A DNA stretch of 64,000 nt from Candidatus Atabeyarchaeum deiterrae (GTDB lineage Archaea; Asgardarchaeota; Atabeyarchaeia; Atabeyarchaeales; Atabeyarchaeaceae), in contig CP147780.1 in assembly GCA_037310415.1 (NCBI GenBank), positions 1,408,001 to 1,472,000 on the forward strand, read 5' to 3'. The translations under genes were made by a program, and so were the position numbers. How positions within the stretch are numbered: the stretch's first letter is position 1; the number at the start of each line of letters is the position of its first letter. Under the pieces are notes generated by a model that worked only from the letters and a program-made list of their open reading frames with translations, made no database searches and was not told where the DNA came from. Shown piece by piece: positions 30,553 through 40,500 of the stretch.

Positions 30553-31482
30553 CTACTCTGGTGCAGGAATTGCGCCGGACTGATCTAATGGATTCGTACC
30601 CTTGCTGATGACATCACGCACTATATCAACTATGATGTTCATTATGGCCTCTCTATATGCAGTATCCACGGCCACACAACCATAAGTTCTGACTCCAAGT
30701 TGCCTATGAATTTCCTCTGGCTTCAACCTTCCTGGTAGATCCTGCTTATTTGCTATACAGATGATCTCCGCGCTAGGTTCAACCCTGCGGCACAAATCAA
30801 GAAGCGGCTTACTACCGACCACGTTCTCAACAGATGAGTCCGTTACAAAGAGAATTAACGCAGCTCCCCTGAGGAAGATCACCCAAGTCTTATGATATTC
30901 CTGCTGTCCAGCTAGGTCCCAAACGATCACCCTAGTTCCATCAATCTGGAAGAGCTTCCGATCTACATCAGCGCCTATCGTAGCGTGGTAAGCTCCTGGG
31001 GATTTTAGGCCCTTAAGTAAGTTGAAAATAGTTGTCTTACCGACGGCAGCACGGCCAGCCAAGGCGATCTTCAGTCGGGAGCCCTGTTTAGCTTTCAACC
31101 CATCCTCAATGGCTCCAACTTGAGATTCTAATACTTTCTCAGCCGCATCGGATAGCGATGTATCGCTTCCAGATAGACTCTTGATCGAGTATATGTCAGG
31201 TCCTTGTTGTGTTTCTTCGCCTCCTTCAATCTGTTCCGGAGTAAGTGACAAGATTGAAGGCGGGGGTGTAGCTTGTGGTGGTGAAGTGGATTCGAGTTGA
31301 GGAACGGTTGCATCTGGCGGAGTTGTGGTGTATGGTGAGACTGTTGGTGTAGTTCCTATTGACTTTTCTATTCTCTCAATTACGTTGGCGTAAGTATTTA
31401 GTGCATTTGCCAGTTGCCTAATGAAGATCTTTGTTGCTCTTGTCAGTTCTCTGAGTTTCTCATCTTTGCGCTCGGAACTCAT
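30553..31482 (-). CDS. Small GTPase (Arf/Rab-like, Asgard type) with N-terminal helix and P/T-rich linker
   Basis: G1 GRAAVGKT, G2 ATIG, G3 WDLAGQ, G4 NKQD, atypical G5 CVA. Confidence 0.92.
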   Translation of the reverse strand: MSSERKDEKLRELTRATKIFIRQLANALNTYANVIERIEKSIGTTPTVSPYTTTPPDATVPQLESTSPPQATPPPSILSLTPEQIEGGEETQQGPDIYSIKSLSGSDTSLSDAAEKVLESQVGAIEDGLKAKQGSRLKIALAGRAAVGKTTIFNLLKGLKSPGAYHATIGADVDRKLFQIDGTRVIVWDLAGQQEYHKTWVIFLRGAALILFVTDSSVENVVGSKPLLDLCRRVEPSAEIICIANKQDLPGRLKPEEIHRQLGVRTYGCVAVDTAYREAIMNIIVDIVRDVISKGTNPLDQSGAIPAPE

Positions 31483-31747
31483 GGATATATCCCTCAGAAT
31501 AGCACATGCAGGTAAGCGCTTTTTGAGCGTTTCTCCCCGCCTGGATGTGCCTCTCTCTGCTCTAACAATGAGTTTGCTAGTATATATTTCAGATCAGCGT
31601 TTGGAGACTCTATCAGATATATCCTTGCGATTTCTGCAAGGAAAGTGTCAATACTCACTCGTGTAAATCAACTGGCGCCAGGACTGCTTGGCAATCATAC
31701 TGTTGCGAAAATCTCCTATTTCGGAGGCAACTTGCTGACACACAGCT

Positions 31748-31763
31748 AAAGCGTTAAATATGC
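31748..31763 (+). promoter_or_regulatory. Putative BRE/TATA for the longin-wHTH gene
   Basis: aaagcgttaaatatg upstream of the GGTGAGG SD and TTG 31832. Confidence 0.35.
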
Positions 31764-31831
31764 TCGTATCGCAGATTATTGTGTAATAGCGATGTTTCAC
31801 TATCAATCATCTTAATCTGGTGAGGATTCTT

Positions 31832-32923
31832 TTGCCTCAAGGAATAATCGTAGTGAAATGGGATGAAGCTGAGGGTACCGTACTTGAATCACAGTACCCC
31901 AAGTCAGTTGAAATCTCGTCCGACGAGATGATGAGAATTTTTACAAGCCATGCGATGGGTGAAGGTAAACCTGGTTTTCTCGCTATGAAGCTTGGCAGCC
32001 TGAACATTGCTAGTTACTACACCGGACTCGCACTTAGAGGACAGCCACAGCACTATGTGGCTTTACTTTTGACGGAAGACGAAGATGCAACGATCTTCGA
32101 GGAACCACTCACCGAAACTTCAGCTGAACTAATGCAGAAAGTTGGTTCCGATAACTTTCCCGTGTTTCTGGAGGAATCATATAAAGGACTCATCGATTAC
32201 CTCACGTTGACTGATGAACAGAGAATAGCTCTGCTCATGAAGGATGTCCGTCGTCGCATGTTGCTTGAGAAACTAGTTGGAGGTCCGCTTAGTAAGATTG
32301 AAGCAAAGGAACTCTTGGAGCAGGAGCTCAAAAGTGAAATAGTTAACTTGGATCTGTTGGTTGAGACCTTCGTTAAGTTGGGAATAATCAGGAAAGCGAT
32401 AGTTGAAGGTATACCGAGCGAAGGTTTATTCCTTCTGAGAGACGTGTTTCCCGTAAGGTTACCTCCAGACAGCGCCGTATTGAAATCCTTGAGAGAGCGA
32501 TTGTCTGAAGACCTTGCAAAGAAATACGAAGATCAAGTGGCAAAGTTCTTTTTAGGTTACAAGGTACTCGAAGAGAGTCCAGACGCAGTCATTAATGCTC
32601 TGACAAATCCTTCACATTACAAGATAATCCAAGCGCTGAGATCAAGCGTATACACGACAAGCGAGTTGGCTCAGCGGATAGGACTTAGTGAGCCCACGGT
32701 GAAGGAGAACGTGAAAACGCTTCAGAAACAGGACATATTGTCCGAGATCTCTGATAGATCAGGAAACAGATACATAGTCATGAAAGCAAGCCCGACATAC
32801 CTATCCTTCTACCCAGAGTATATGATAAACACAATGAGATCAAAATGGGCATCAGGAATGCTTGAGGACTCCATTGCGAAAAAGCACCTAGAGCTTCTTA
32901 AGGAAGCTTACTACGCCCTATGA
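31832..32923 (+). CDS. Longin/uDENN-like N-terminal domain plus tandem winged-helix protein (NPRL2-like architecture)
   Basis: IIVVKWDEAEGTVLESQYP opening typical of uDENN/longin folds; two wHTH-like segments (LVGGPLSKIE..LVETFVKLGII; YTTSELAQRIGLSEPTVKENVKTLQKQDIL). Confidence 0.65.
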   Translation: MPQGIIVVKWDEAEGTVLESQYPKSVEISSDEMMRIFTSHAMGEGKPGFLAMKLGSLNIASYYTGLALRGQPQHYVALLLTEDEDATIFEEPLTETSAELMQKVGSDNFPVFLEESYKGLIDYLTLTDEQRIALLMKDVRRRMLLEKLVGGPLSKIEAKELLEQELKSEIVNLDLLVETFVKLGIIRKAIVEGIPSEGLFLLRDVFPVRLPPDSAVLKSLRERLSEDLAKKYEDQVAKFFLGYKVLEESPDAVINALTNPSHYKIIQALRSSVYTTSELAQRIGLSEPTVKENVKTLQKQDILSEISDRSGNRYIVMKASPTYLSFYPEYMINTMRSKWASGMLEDSIAKKHLELLKEAYYAL

Positions 32924-33008
32924 TATTTATGGAAGAAGAATAACGGTAGGTTTAGCACTGTCCAACATTACTCTCATTTACTTAGTTAATAGGGGTTGAG
33001 CTTTCCCG

Positions 33009-36000
33009 ATGGGGGAAGTAGCGATGTCTAAAGCGAAGAAGATGCTGGCCTCGTTCCTACTAGTTTCTCTGGTCGCCGTTTCATTTTACCAAATATTCTA
33101 TCCGTTCGGCTTAGCCTCTACACTTCAAGGCGCAGCTTCTGGTAACTCTGGTCTTGGTAGTCAACAGTATGTTGGCTACGACCCATACGCTTCGCCGCGG
33201 CCAGTGAATGAAACCGCAATCGGTTACGACATGGGCGGTGGCTCCGGAAGGACGGTGTCCCTGCCAAGTCCGGGAACAAGTGACCTCCAAGTTACTATGA
33301 AGAACGGGTGGTCTGGGAACAGAGTCACCACGTCGATTGCCAACCTCTGGGATCAAAAGAATTGGCTCCCGGGCGGAACATTCGACACAGGAAGTAACAC
33401 ACCTCATGGAACTAATCGCTCCACGTCGTGGTTTACTGTCAGATGGTACGACACTCACAAAGCAAGCGGCTCCAACGCTACGGTCGACCAAGCTAGTTGG
33501 GATAGCTCTGGCAAGTATGTGAAGGCCTCTATGCCATGGAGGTATCTCTATCTCCAAAGCGGAATGCAATCCCGATACTACTATACTGGAGAATATTCAG
33601 CGTGGAATGAGACTTTCATTGTTCCAAGGGGAACAGTCCTCGCAGCAAATCTGTCTCTGGCCTATCATCCTAATTTTGATACGGTGTTGTTCTCGCTTGA
33701 TAGTTTTGCCGTCTTTGTCGAAATAAATGGGCATCGCGTTCTTCAATATGGTCAAGGGTATTTGTATTCCACCGGGCAAGCTAACAAGTGGAATGTTCGC
33801 AACAACCTTAATGTGTTGACAGACTTGGCTCTCAATCCAGTCTTCGATAACCCCACACGACAGAACATTTCAATCTCAGTGGGTGTTATTTACGTCTCAA
33901 GTACTGACTATTTTGCAGGTGGACCTTTTAACACTGAAAATGGTTGTTGGTTTGACAATGTGACTTTGGTTTTGAAGGCTTTAGCTAAGCCTGAGCAACT
34001 CAAGTTGAAACTCGCGGCACCTGGTCTTCCGAACACGAACTGCAGTATCACTTCTCCTTCTCCATCAACATATGGTCAAGGTAGTGGTACCCTGACTGGC
34101 TTCACAATCGGCCCTGCACCAGACTATCAGGACACATACAACTTTGACATCACGTCGAACGTAACATCCCCAGCCACTGGACAATTCACTGCAAACATGA
34201 CTCTATATGCTAGTCGCGCAAAGACCGCTCAAACCGCGTTTGAAAATATAGGAAGCAACGTTGAGTGGAGCGTATCGCTTGCAACGGGTTTCGCGATGTA
34301 CAGCGAACCTGTAAGCAACACAATCTACAGTGGGTACTATTTCAACATCTCAGTTCCACTAGACTGGAACTTCACAACCTGCCTAGACCCCAACTTGCAC
34401 AGCCACAATATTAAGACGGAAGCGAACAACTTCACCATTTCCACGTTCAGCTCTAATTTAATCCTCCGAGTTAATGTCACGAGGATTGGTTCATACTCAA
34501 TTGATGTAAACCATCCGTATGTGATTCATGCTTTGACGAAGAACTATGTTGAAAGTATAGCGGTGTTGAGGAAAAGTGGCGGATCATGGGTTAGTGTGAC
34601 AGACTTCTACCCAACTCAGACTGCTAGGTTCTCAGCTTACATCAGCAATGGGCTGGTTCCAGTCACAACTGGTCTTGCAAATCTGACTTTGCGTGGACCA
34701 GCAACATACGGGGCTTCACCTACGGTGGTATACACGAATACAAGCAAGGCACCAGACATCCATGGTTACGTCAACTTCACCTTCACGTTAACTGGCAGCT
34801 TTGCTGCTGGCAACTACAGTGCCCAAGTTGACTGGGTTGATAACACTCTCGGAGAAGCAGGCTTACTCATGAGCTACTTTAACATAACCCACACGTTCAG
34901 GCTATCATTGGCAGTTCCGGCGACGGGAGACGTTCTTTTTAGACCGAGTGTTATGACGAATCCACCTACTACTGTCAGCTTGGTTGACAACTATACTGGA
35001 GAGTTCGTGACTGCCAACGTGTATGGTAGGGCGAAGTGGGAGACCGCAGGAAGATGGGATCAATTCACTACATACTCGGTGCAAAATGCTACTTACACAA
35101 ATCAAACTAACCTACCAGCTTCTTTGGGTCTTGGCTCAGGGAATTGGCTTGCGGTGAATGCAAGCAAGGAATTCTATGACGATGCGTTTGTGAACAACAC
35201 TTTCTACATTGGCACGCATACCTCCGTGTTCCCAGGTTCAAGTCCGGTCACAATCTACTACACGGAGTCTCAGGCGTTTAGAGTGAACTTACCTAGCATA
35301 TTCTACCAAGACGAAAACTCAAGTGCCATCTTAGGTGCGACATTTGAAGTTGTTGCTGCGGGTTCATCAAACAACAGTCTCGTCAACTGGGGTGTGAGGT
35401 TTTCTGCTGACTACACTAACAATGGGACAGGGTTCTACTCGGGGTCGATAGGTGTTGGAACATTCTCTCTATATGCTAAGGCGATACCTCCTAGTGAGAC
35501 ATATTACGTGTTGTTCAAGTTAAGCAAAGGCTCAAATTATGAGACATCATTCTATACGCTTAGGCTCACGATTTGGACACCTTCATCCTATCTTGATCTA
35601 TGGAGTGGTAACAATCAATACGTTTTCTGGGGAGCGACGGCGCAGATCAAATTGAACTACACGACTCGTTGGTCAAATCCGCCTTACTCTTTGGGGCCAA
35701 CAGCTATTCGCAATTCGACTTCTGCTCCTTCATTTGCGCCACCTTTTGTTTCGGTTGCCTGTGATTGGGGTGGCAGTTGGACGGTCACCCATGACGCGTT
35801 CGACGACCCGCAGGTCTACACTCTTAGCGTCAACACGACTTGGTGGTCTAATCCTACACCGAGTGGCGATAGTGCGGGCACGGCGACGATCCACATCTAC
35901 TTCGTTAGGACCTATTACCAGAACTCCAGCACAGTGCCGATTACAGTGCACATCAAGAGTCTTTCAACGCTGATTGCTGGTGTAGGCTTAGGTTCTGGGA

Positions 36001-37136
36001 ACAGTACGAGTACGTATTCGCGCGATGCTAAGACGGTATATGTGTGGTATAATGATACTCACACGGGAGCATCTGTAGGTGTTGGTGGCGCTACTCTTGC
36101 GTATACTTTCAAATCGTCATTAGGTACGTTTCTCGCATCAGGGTCTCTTATTGCTCATCCGAGCATACAGGGGCAATACAACTTGACTTTGTCCTCTGGT
36201 CTTACGGATCAGCTTCCTGGGACCTACTATCTCTATGTGGGCGGGTGGAAAGACCCATACTATGTGCACCACAACGTGACCATAACGCTTGTAATAAATG
36301 CTATACCGACTGCGCTGTATGGTTTCACGGTTGTTCGTGGTGTCACTCAAACTGGGTCTCAAGTAACGTTGACGCAAGGGGACACATTCACAGTCTACGT
36401 ATGGTATAACGATACTCACAATGGTGGTGTTGTGCTTGGTTCGAGCACAATCATGTATTATTCTTCGCAATTCGGATTCGGGTACGCGACGCAAGTTGTT
36501 CCTGGTGAATACAGTGTGTCATTTACGGCTAGTGCTGCAGGGGATTGGCTAATTACATTCAATGCAACTGCCAGCAAATATGCTCTCTCAACATTGCCAA
36601 TCAGAATCATCGTTAATGCTCCACCGTCCTTCAGCTTGGCAGCGGTGTTGCTGGTGGGCTTTGGTGGAGGCGGTATTGTTGTTCTTGGTGTGGTTGGTTG
36701 GCTTCTTGTGAGGCGTAGGCGAATACCTTTTGTGATAAAGAAGATTGATGAGACTTTGAGGATCATCACTAAGGGTGAACATGGGAAGGCGTCTGCTGTT
36801 CCGCTGAGGTCTAGGGAAGAGGCAGTTGTTGGCATCACTCAGGATAGGATTGATGCCTTTGCAAAGAGAAAGCCTCTGCCAGGCGCTCCAGAAGGAAAAG
36901 CTAAGGAGGAGGCTCCTAAGGGTCCGGAGGTGGAGGCTGCTTTGAAGACTGAGCTGGCGCAGGTCGAGGGGAAAGAGGAGCCTGAGGAAGGTATTGAAGA
37001 GGTTGAGATGGATACCTTGGATCAGGAGCTTGGGCGCATCGAGGGTGTTGAGGATAAGGAGAACCTTCCTGATGGAGCGAAAGAAGTGCGCGATGTCATT
37101 GAGAAGTATAAGGAAGGTAAGAAGAAGAAAAAGTAA
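33009..37136 (+). CDS. Giant cell-surface glycoprotein: signal peptide, beta-rich Ig-like repeats, single TM, charged cytoplasmic tail
   Basis: N-terminal hydrophobic segment, S/T/Y/N-rich body with many NxS/T sequons, repeated VYVWYNDTH(T/N)G, TM followed by RRRRIPFVIKKI, and a roughly 140-aa E/K-rich tail. Confidence 0.85.
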   Translation: MGEVAMSKAKKMLASFLLVSLVAVSFYQIFYPFGLASTLQGAASGNSGLGSQQYVGYDPYASPRPVNETAIGYDMGGGSGRTVSLPSPGTSDLQVTMKNGWSGNRVTTSIANLWDQKNWLPGGTFDTGSNTPHGTNRSTSWFTVRWYDTHKASGSNATVDQASWDSSGKYVKASMPWRYLYLQSGMQSRYYYTGEYSAWNETFIVPRGTVLAANLSLAYHPNFDTVLFSLDSFAVFVEINGHRVLQYGQGYLYSTGQANKWNVRNNLNVLTDLALNPVFDNPTRQNISISVGVIYVSSTDYFAGGPFNTENGCWFDNVTLVLKALAKPEQLKLKLAAPGLPNTNCSITSPSPSTYGQGSGTLTGFTIGPAPDYQDTYNFDITSNVTSPATGQFTANMTLYASRAKTAQTAFENIGSNVEWSVSLATGFAMYSEPVSNTIYSGYYFNISVPLDWNFTTCLDPNLHSHNIKTEANNFTISTFSSNLILRVNVTRIGSYSIDVNHPYVIHALTKNYVESIAVLRKSGGSWVSVTDFYPTQTARFSAYISNGLVPVTTGLANLTLRGPATYGASPTVVYTNTSKAPDIHGYVNFTFTLTGSFAAGNYSAQVDWVDNTLGEAGLLMSYFNITHTFRLSLAVPATGDVLFRPSVMTNPPTTVSLVDNYTGEFVTANVYGRAKWETAGRWDQFTTYSVQNATYTNQTNLPASLGLGSGNWLAVNASKEFYDDAFVNNTFYIGTHTSVFPGSSPVTIYYTESQAFRVNLPSIFYQDENSSAILGATFEVVAAGSSNNSLVNWGVRFSADYTNNGTGFYSGSIGVGTFSLYAKAIPPSETYYVLFKLSKGSNYETSFYTLRLTIWTPSSYLDLWSGNNQYVFWGATAQIKLNYTTRWSNPPYSLGPTAIRNSTSAPSFAPPFVSVACDWGGSWTVTHDAFDDPQVYTLSVNTTWWSNPTPSGDSAGTATIHIYFVRTYYQNSSTVPITVHIKSLSTLIAGVGLGSGNSTSTYSRDAKTVYVWYNDTHTGASVGVGGATLAYTFKSSLGTFLASGSLIAHPSIQGQYNLTLSSGLTDQLPGTYYLYVGGWKDPYYVHHNVTITLVINAIPTALYGFTVVRGVTQTGSQVTLTQGDTFTVYVWYNDTHNGGVVLGSSTIMYYSSQFGFGYATQVVPGEYSVSFTASAAGDWLITFNATASKYALSTLPIRIIVNAPPSFSLAAVLLVGFGGGGIVVLGVVGWLLVRRRRIPFVIKKIDETLRIITKGEHGKASAVPLRSREEAVVGITQDRIDAFAKRKPLPGAPEGKAKEEAPKGPEVEAALKTELAQVEGKEEPEEGIEEVEMDTLDQELGRIEGVEDKENLPDGAKEVRDVIEKYKEGKKKKK

Positions 37137-37166
37137 GACATGTTAGCTAGCCAAGACCTTCCCTCT

Positions 37167-38966
37167 TCATTTTTCTGATTCTGGTTCGTTTTTCACATTC
37201 TGGTCTTGCGTGGGTTCAGGTACTCCATTTGAGTTCCATCCCCTCAGCTGATAGTATTCTTTGACCATCTGTTCAAACCGATGTTCGTCGACAGTTTTTC
37301 CTTTGCTTGCACCCTCAGGGAGCGGTTGGTTGAAGAATCTCTTTGGGAGAGTGTCGTCTGCGGTCGTGATTCCTTCTCTAACGTTGAACAGCCTCGTTAG
37401 AGTTATGATATTGTTCCCTATTTCCTTGAGCCTCTCCTCAGCTAAGCTCTCTCCAGTCAATGCTTTCAACAGGCTCGGCATCCTATCCCAAGGTACTATG
37501 TCTCGTATGAATCTGCAGATGATCAGGCTGTCGAATATCGCATAGCGGTTTTCAAGATCGACTACGTACTGCGCTTTTCCATCATATGCGAATCGATCGA
37601 TTACACCTCGTAACTCTGGAACCTGTACGGTTGAACGTAAGTGACATGCACCCCGCGATGAAACAGCATAACCCAATCCCATCCCGATAACTCCGCGTGG
37701 ATCATATCCAGGCAATTCAAGTCCTTTAACAGTAATGTCCACTTCAGGTAACCGAAGCTTCCTAGATGCTCGCTTGACCCCTTCGGCTAGAATGTCTCCT
37801 GCTCCTTCCCGTTTCGTGATCATCTTAAGCAGCTTGATTACTTTCTCCGCATCTCCGTACTCCATGTTCAGCCCAGTCTTCAGCTTTCCAGTTCTCTCAG
37901 CTTCGATAGCCATAGCCGCAACATTCCCACTTGTAATCGTGTCTATTCCAGCCCTATCACAATAGTCGTTGATCGCCATTATCGACTCAATCTCGCCGAT
38001 ATCGCACAGTCCTCCGAATGCATAAACCGTTTCGTATTCAGGCCCTTCGACTTTAATCCCCTTGTACTTTCCTTCCTTTGCTTCGCAGAGTTTTCCACAT
38101 GCTATCGGGCAGTTCCAGCAAGCTCTGGAACCAATTAGGACTTTGTCCTTCATAGCTGTGCTGTTTATATTCTCTATGTGAGTTGTTGTTCCCTCACTCC
38201 AATATCTGACTGGTAAGACTCCTGCTTCATTTACCAAGTCAAGGACTGCGAGTGTACCATACTCCTTGTAAGTCACGCCGGTCGACCTGTTTTCCCTTAT
38301 GAGTTTGAGACTCTCATTCACAACTTCTTTGAAGAGCCCTTCGTCATGAACCTCGGGTTCCTTGTCTCCTTGGAAAGCTACTGCCTTCAAGTTCTTTGAT
38401 CCCATTACGGCTCCTGCGCCAGTTCTACCGGCGCTTCTCCAGTAATCATTCTCTATTACTGCGAAGCGAACATGGTTCTCCCCTGCAGGGCCTATGCATA
38501 AAATGCCAAGATTCTTCTGCCCCTCATCCTTCCTGATGATGTCATGTGTAGCGAACGTGTCCTGTCTCCACAAGTGATCCGCATTTCTAAATTCCACGTG
38601 ACCCTCGGTAATGACGAGGTAAGTTGGGTTACTCGCTTTTCCTTGAATTATGAAGATTTCGTGACCTGTGCCTCTCATTCTGTGCGCTACATGCCCACCC
38701 GAGTAGCTTTCGCCGAAGATATTGGTGAGCGGAGACTTGAAGAAGACCCCGTAACGATTTGCGGTAGGGAACCTTGTGCCTGTTGCGGGGCCGACTGCAA
38801 ATACCAGTTTATTCATTGGTGAGAGTGGCTCGACTTCTGAATTGACCTCGTTGAGGAGAAACCGCGCTCCCAGGCCTTTGCCACCGATCAGAGTCTTTTC
38901 CCAATCTTCTTTTATGACTTCACTTGCGAACTCTTTCGTACCAAGATCAAGCCTCAATGCTTTCAA
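37167..38966 (-). CDS. aor: Aldehyde:ferredoxin oxidoreductase family (tungstopterin)
   Basis: GGKGLG, KSPLT, AGRTGAGAVMGSKNLKA, CWNCPIACG, EYET, DRAGIDTI and RGACH motifs. Confidence 0.95.
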   Translation of the reverse strand: MKALRLDLGTKEFASEVIKEDWEKTLIGGKGLGARFLLNEVNSEVEPLSPMNKLVFAVGPATGTRFPTANRYGVFFKSPLTNIFGESYSGGHVAHRMRGTGHEIFIIQGKASNPTYLVITEGHVEFRNADHLWRQDTFATHDIIRKDEGQKNLGILCIGPAGENHVRFAVIENDYWRSAGRTGAGAVMGSKNLKAVAFQGDKEPEVHDEGLFKEVVNESLKLIRENRSTGVTYKEYGTLAVLDLVNEAGVLPVRYWSEGTTTHIENINSTAMKDKVLIGSRACWNCPIACGKLCEAKEGKYKGIKVEGPEYETVYAFGGLCDIGEIESIMAINDYCDRAGIDTITSGNVAAMAIEAERTGKLKTGLNMEYGDAEKVIKLLKMITKREGAGDILAEGVKRASRKLRLPEVDITVKGLELPGYDPRGVIGMGLGYAVSSRGACHLRSTVQVPELRGVIDRFAYDGKAQYVVDLENRYAIFDSLIICRFIRDIVPWDRMPSLLKALTGESLAEERLKEIGNNIITLTRLFNVREGITTADDTLPKRFFNQPLPEGASKGKTVDEHRFEQMVKEYYQLRGWNSNGVPEPTQDQNVKNEPESEK

Positions 38967-39300
38967 CTATGCTCACTCTCTTACCGACGTTCACAGTCCT
39001 CAATTGATATCAGTTAATTCTATTGCTCCTCTTAAGTTACTGGTGCTTCAAGACTACTGTAAAATGAATGGCAGATAGGCGCAAGATTACACCGTTTTCT
39101 TGGGTGGGAGTGAAAGCCATATCACGAATTGGGTGTGTTGGAGACTATTGACTTCAAGGAGTTATATCAGTGGTTTACCACTCCAAAGCGAGGAATTCCC
39201 TAGACTCAATGAAGAGAGAGTTCCACAAACTCATTCGAACTACTTCTATCATGAAAAAAAGAGGTTCTTAGGGAAGAGGTCGTGTCCCTAGAACTCTGTT

Positions 39301-40500
39301 TTACTTTTCTCTTTCGATTATGGTTGCAATTCCTTGGCCCATTCCTACACAGAGGGTTGCTAGACCATATTTGCCGTTTATTCTTTCCAAGTGGTTGAGC
39401 TGGGTCGTGATGAGTCTTGCACCTGAGCATCCTAGTGGGTGTCCGAGTGCTATGGCCCCGCCACAGGGGTTGTATCTCTTGTCGTTCAGTAGATTCTCAA
39501 ACTTTATGCCCCATTCCATCCCTGTTGCTATGCAGACCGATGCGAATGCCTCGTTAACTTCAAGCGCATCCATGTCCTTTATTGTCAGACCCGCGCGTTT
39601 CAGGGCTTTGGCCGAAGATGGTGCTGGCCCAGTCAAAGCTATTACGGGATCCACTCCAACTACCGCCATGGCCTTTATTGTTGCCCTGGACTTCAATCCA
39701 AGTTCGTCAGCCTTCTCGCGAGAAGCTAGTAACAGGGCACAAGCCTGGTCATTAATGCTGGACGAATTGCCTGCAGTCACCTTTCCGCTTGGTGGCTTAA
39801 ACGCTGGAGGAAGCTTGGCGAGTTTCTCGAGTGAGGTTTCTGTTGGAACTCTCCTGGGTCCCTCGTCCTTGGCTGCAGTCTTTACTGTTCCGTCTGCTTG
39901 CTTGACATCCGGAACTGGTACGATCTCGTTGTTGAAATAGCCTGCATCCTGTGCAGCTACCGCCTTCTGGTGACTCCATAGTGCGAATTTGTCCATTTGC
40001 TCTCTTGGGATCTTGTATTTCTCTCCAACTGCTTCGCCTGCTAGTCCCATGTTGGTTATGGGATATTTCTTGTATACTTTCGCTCCTGCTAGCGAATTGA
40101 CGACTCCGTCGGCCACGCCCATTGCATACTTTGACATGTTCTCGACTCCGCCGCCGACAGCGAGATCTGCGTTTCCCGTCATTATCTCTGACGCTGCGAA
40201 TTGTACTCCTGTCATTCCTGAAGCGCAGAACCTGTTTAGTGTGACTCCAGCCACACTAATGGGGTATCCTGCTTCGAGAAGGGCTATCCTAGCCAGGTTT
40301 CCGGCTTGATCTCCGAACTGCGTGTTGCAGCCGATCACAACATCTTCTATTTGGCTTGCATCTACTTTTGTTCTGTCAACGAGAGCTTTGAGGCACACTG
40401 CTAGCATGTCATCAGAACGTGCCATGCTCAGTTGCCCATTTCTCTTGCCTGTTGGGGTGCGGACGGCATCGACAATCACAACTTCGCGAAGTTCAGTCAT
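39301..40500 (-). CDS. Acetyl-CoA acyltransferase (thiolase)
   Basis: NRFCASG, NEAF, GHPLGCSG and LCVGMG catalytic motifs; GGAGG SD. Confidence 0.95.
   Translation of the reverse strand: MTELREVVIVDAVRTPTGKRNGQLSMARSDDMLAVCLKALVDRTKVDASQIEDVVIGCNTQFGDQAGNLARIALLEAGYPISVAGVTLNRFCASGMTGVQFAASEIMTGNADLAVGGGVENMSKYAMGVADGVVNSLAGAKVYKKYPITNMGLAGEAVGEKYKIPREQMDKFALWSHQKAVAAQDAGYFNNEIVPVPDVKQADGTVKTAAKDEGPRRVPTETSLEKLAKLPPAFKPPSGKVTAGNSSSINDQACALLLASREKADELGLKSRATIKAMAVVGVDPVIALTGPAPSSAKALKRAGLTIKDMDALEVNEAFASVCIATGMEWGIKFENLLNDKRYNPCGGAIALGHPLGCSGARLITTQLNHLERINGKYGLATLCVGMGQGIATIIEREK

Noticed and set aside
38970-39300. Coding-like intergenic stretch between aor and thiolase
   Set aside because: Stops in all frames examined and no identifiable motif.
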